Shown here: positions 61,669 through 64,000 of the stretch, piece after piece
Layout: every line of letters starts with the position of its first letter
Numbering within the stretch: the stretch's first letter is position 1
Assembly: GCF_009914755.1 (NCBI RefSeq)
Contig: NC_060937.1
DNA length: 64,000 bases
Origin: the human T2T-CHM13v2.0 reference genome, Homo sapiens
Direction: 5' to 3' (one strand)
Program-made: the position numbers and the translations under genes
Notes under the pieces: model-generated
Told to the model about the DNA's origin: nothing
Seen by the model: only the letters and a program-made list of their open reading frames with translations
The model's database searches: none

Positions 61669-63169
61669 AATAGATTTCACTAAGATAAAAGCTAGTCACT
61701 AAGCAAATAGCACGCAAATAATAAGCCCTGGAGAGGGGGACCAGAACCGAGACTTTCTATTATATATTATCTAAAATGTCTTGTTTCCAACAAAAAAACT
61801 ATGAGACATGCAAAGAAACAGGAAAATATGGCTCATATACTGAGGGAAAAAAGCAGGCAACAGAAATTACCTGTGAAAGTGACCAGATTTTGGATTTAAC
61901 AAAGACTTCAAAGTAGCCATTATAAATATGTTCAAAGAACTAAAGGAAACCATGATTAAAGAAGTAAATGAAGGTGTGATGACAATATTGCATCAGATAG
62001 ACAGTATTAATAAAGATACAAATTATTTAAAAAGATAGAAATTCTGGGGTTGAAAGGTACAATGATTGAAATGAAAAGTTTATCAGAGGGGCTCAACTTC
62101 TTGTGAAAGAATTAGCAGACTTGAAGATAGATTGATTCAGATTATACAATCCAAAGAACACAGAGAAAAAGAATGAAGAAAAATGAACAGAGTCTCAGAG
62201 AAATGTGGGATATCATTAAGCACGCCAACATAAATGTAATGAGAGTACCAGAGGAACAGAAGAGAAAGGAATTATTTGTATATAAAAACCATAATGACCT
62301 GACACATCAATTAGAATATCTAAAATTAAAAATAGCGGCCATCCCAAATGTTAGCAACAATGTGAAGCAACTACAGCTCTCATACACTGATGATAGAAAT
62401 GTAAAATTGTACAACTACTTTATAAAACAGTTTGACAGGTTTTTAAATGGTTACACATATATTTATTATATAATGCAGCGATTCCTTTCTTAGGTGTCTT
62501 ACCCAAGAGAAAGGAAGTCATATGCCCATACAAATACTTATTCATAAACATTCCTAACAGCACTATTTGTAATAGTCAAAAACTGAAAACAACCCAAATG
62601 TCCATCAAGAGGTGAATACATTATCAAGTTATGGTATATTTATGCAACAGAATACTGCTCAGCAATAAAAATAATTTAGTATTGATTTATACAATAACAT
62701 GAATCACATGGATAAATGTTGATAAACTTCAAAATAATTATGCTGAATGAAAGAAGTCAGATGAAGAGAGTACACAGTTTTGCTTCCCTTTATCTAAAAT
62801 TCTAAAAAGTGCAAACATCTACAGTGACAGAAAGCAGATCAGTGTTTGCCTGCGGTGGGGTTGAAGTGAGGAACAGGCAGACATGAACAAAGGGGAACGA
62901 GGAAATGCTAGGGGTAATTAATATGTTCATTATCTTGATTATGGTGATGGTTTCACAGGTGTGTGCATAGGTCAACATGTATAAAGCTTTATACTTTAAA
63001 TACATTACTTTGTTTTATACCAATTATGCCTCAATATAGTTGTTTTAAAAATGTTATCAGAGAAAGAATAAAACTAAAGTGAAGTAAATAATCATCCAGC
63101 TATTGGCTGATGGGTATTGTTATTCACATAAAAATTTTTCTAATAAAGAGTAAAAGTTGTATTTGAAAA

Positions 63170-64000
63170 AAAATCCTGGCACCCCAGTCCCGAGGATCCC
63201 TAGAAAATTTACAGGGGTGGCAGTCTTCAAAAATTTTTAAGGGCAGATTTTCAATCTTTGGCTTGCATACACCTTGCCAAGACATCCAAGGCACCTGCAA
63301 TTTCTTGCTTACCAGGAATTTCCATCACCTGCCAGCAAGATTTTATTATATCAATGTAGCAGACCAGCCTGAAGTGCTATGGACTGATAGGGGTACAGTC
63401 TTTATGGGCTTGACTATAATAAAGAGACAGAGGGTCTAGTCAGGTAAACAAAAACAGTTTCTGGGCTTTTTGCTTAGGGGAAGTAATGAGACAAAGACAT
63501 ATTTCAGATTGATAGGTAAATACAAGAGGCCAAAGGTTTTACTCCAGTGAAGAAACTACATGTGGGACAGTAGCTGCAGTTGGAGTCATCATCTGATTAA
63601 GTTTATGATGATACACTCTTACCCTCTAAGACTGTCAGTCTTTGAAGCATATACTAAACAGGTGAGTCAAATGCAGATTGATAGGAATAATTACCCTGCA
63701 TTTTTAGTCTTGCTTGGTTACGTTCATCTTTGAGGTTCCACACAGGGATTTAGTATTGCCTTCTATTTTTTGTAGGGTAATCCCAGGTCCTTCCACTTGG
63801 TTATTTCTACCATAATAACTGTTATTCGATGTGTCAGAAAGCCAATGTGGGAATTCCATCAGTTGTCAGGTGTGCTTATTGAAGCATTCACTCAGGAACA
63901 GTATAAATAACCACAAGACAGGTTTATGGATACATTGAACCAGCTATGAGAAGGACTCAACAAAATTCCATTTGTTATCACACCCGTATAAACACCCATT
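63170..64000 (-). pseudogene. Decayed ERVL reverse transcriptase, upstream part
   Basis: The minus strand near 63180-63225 reads ...ATPVNFLGILGTG, matching ERVL RT PATSVKFLGVQW; degenerate. Confidence 0.55.

Noticed and set aside
62173-62493. 106-aa ORF
   Set aside because: A chimera of an L1 ORF1 remnant and an L1 3' fragment.

Overview
Primate, almost certainly human, genomic DNA that is repeat-rich (about 17 Alu elements plus L1, L2, MIR, ERVL/MaLR LTRs and hAT/Tigger DNA transposons). The only protein-coding sequence I can support is two + strand exons of POLR1D (13q12.2): a 75-nt internal exon (23488-23562) and a terminal exon (starts 40796, stop 41061-41063, poly(A) signals at 41341, 41416 and 42502). 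Spliced, they encode ...RKAIEELLKEAKRGKTRAETMGPMGW-MKCPLASTNKRFLINTIKNTL...EKRSNRR*. This is POLR1D 'isoform 2', which is unrelated to the Pol I/III subunit RPAC2 beyond the shared first exon; that exon and the RPAC2 exon lie upstream of the window. 1-23487 is intron, 23563-40795 is intron, and about 42550-64000 is a downstream region of nested old L1 and ERVL remnants. Points worth a second look: the dual-protein gene architecture; a 93-codon open in-frame extension past the UGA that ends inside the first AATAAA; a ~160-bp inverted duplication spanning an LTR/flank junction (49966-50798); inverted Alus ~32 nt apart in intron 2; inverted Alu monomers bracketing the 75-nt exon; several local duplications and hairpins; and an ERVL reverse transcriptase split by ~6.8 kb. 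Repeat subfamily names and boundaries were assigned by eye and are approximate. I see no convincing wholly new biological system.
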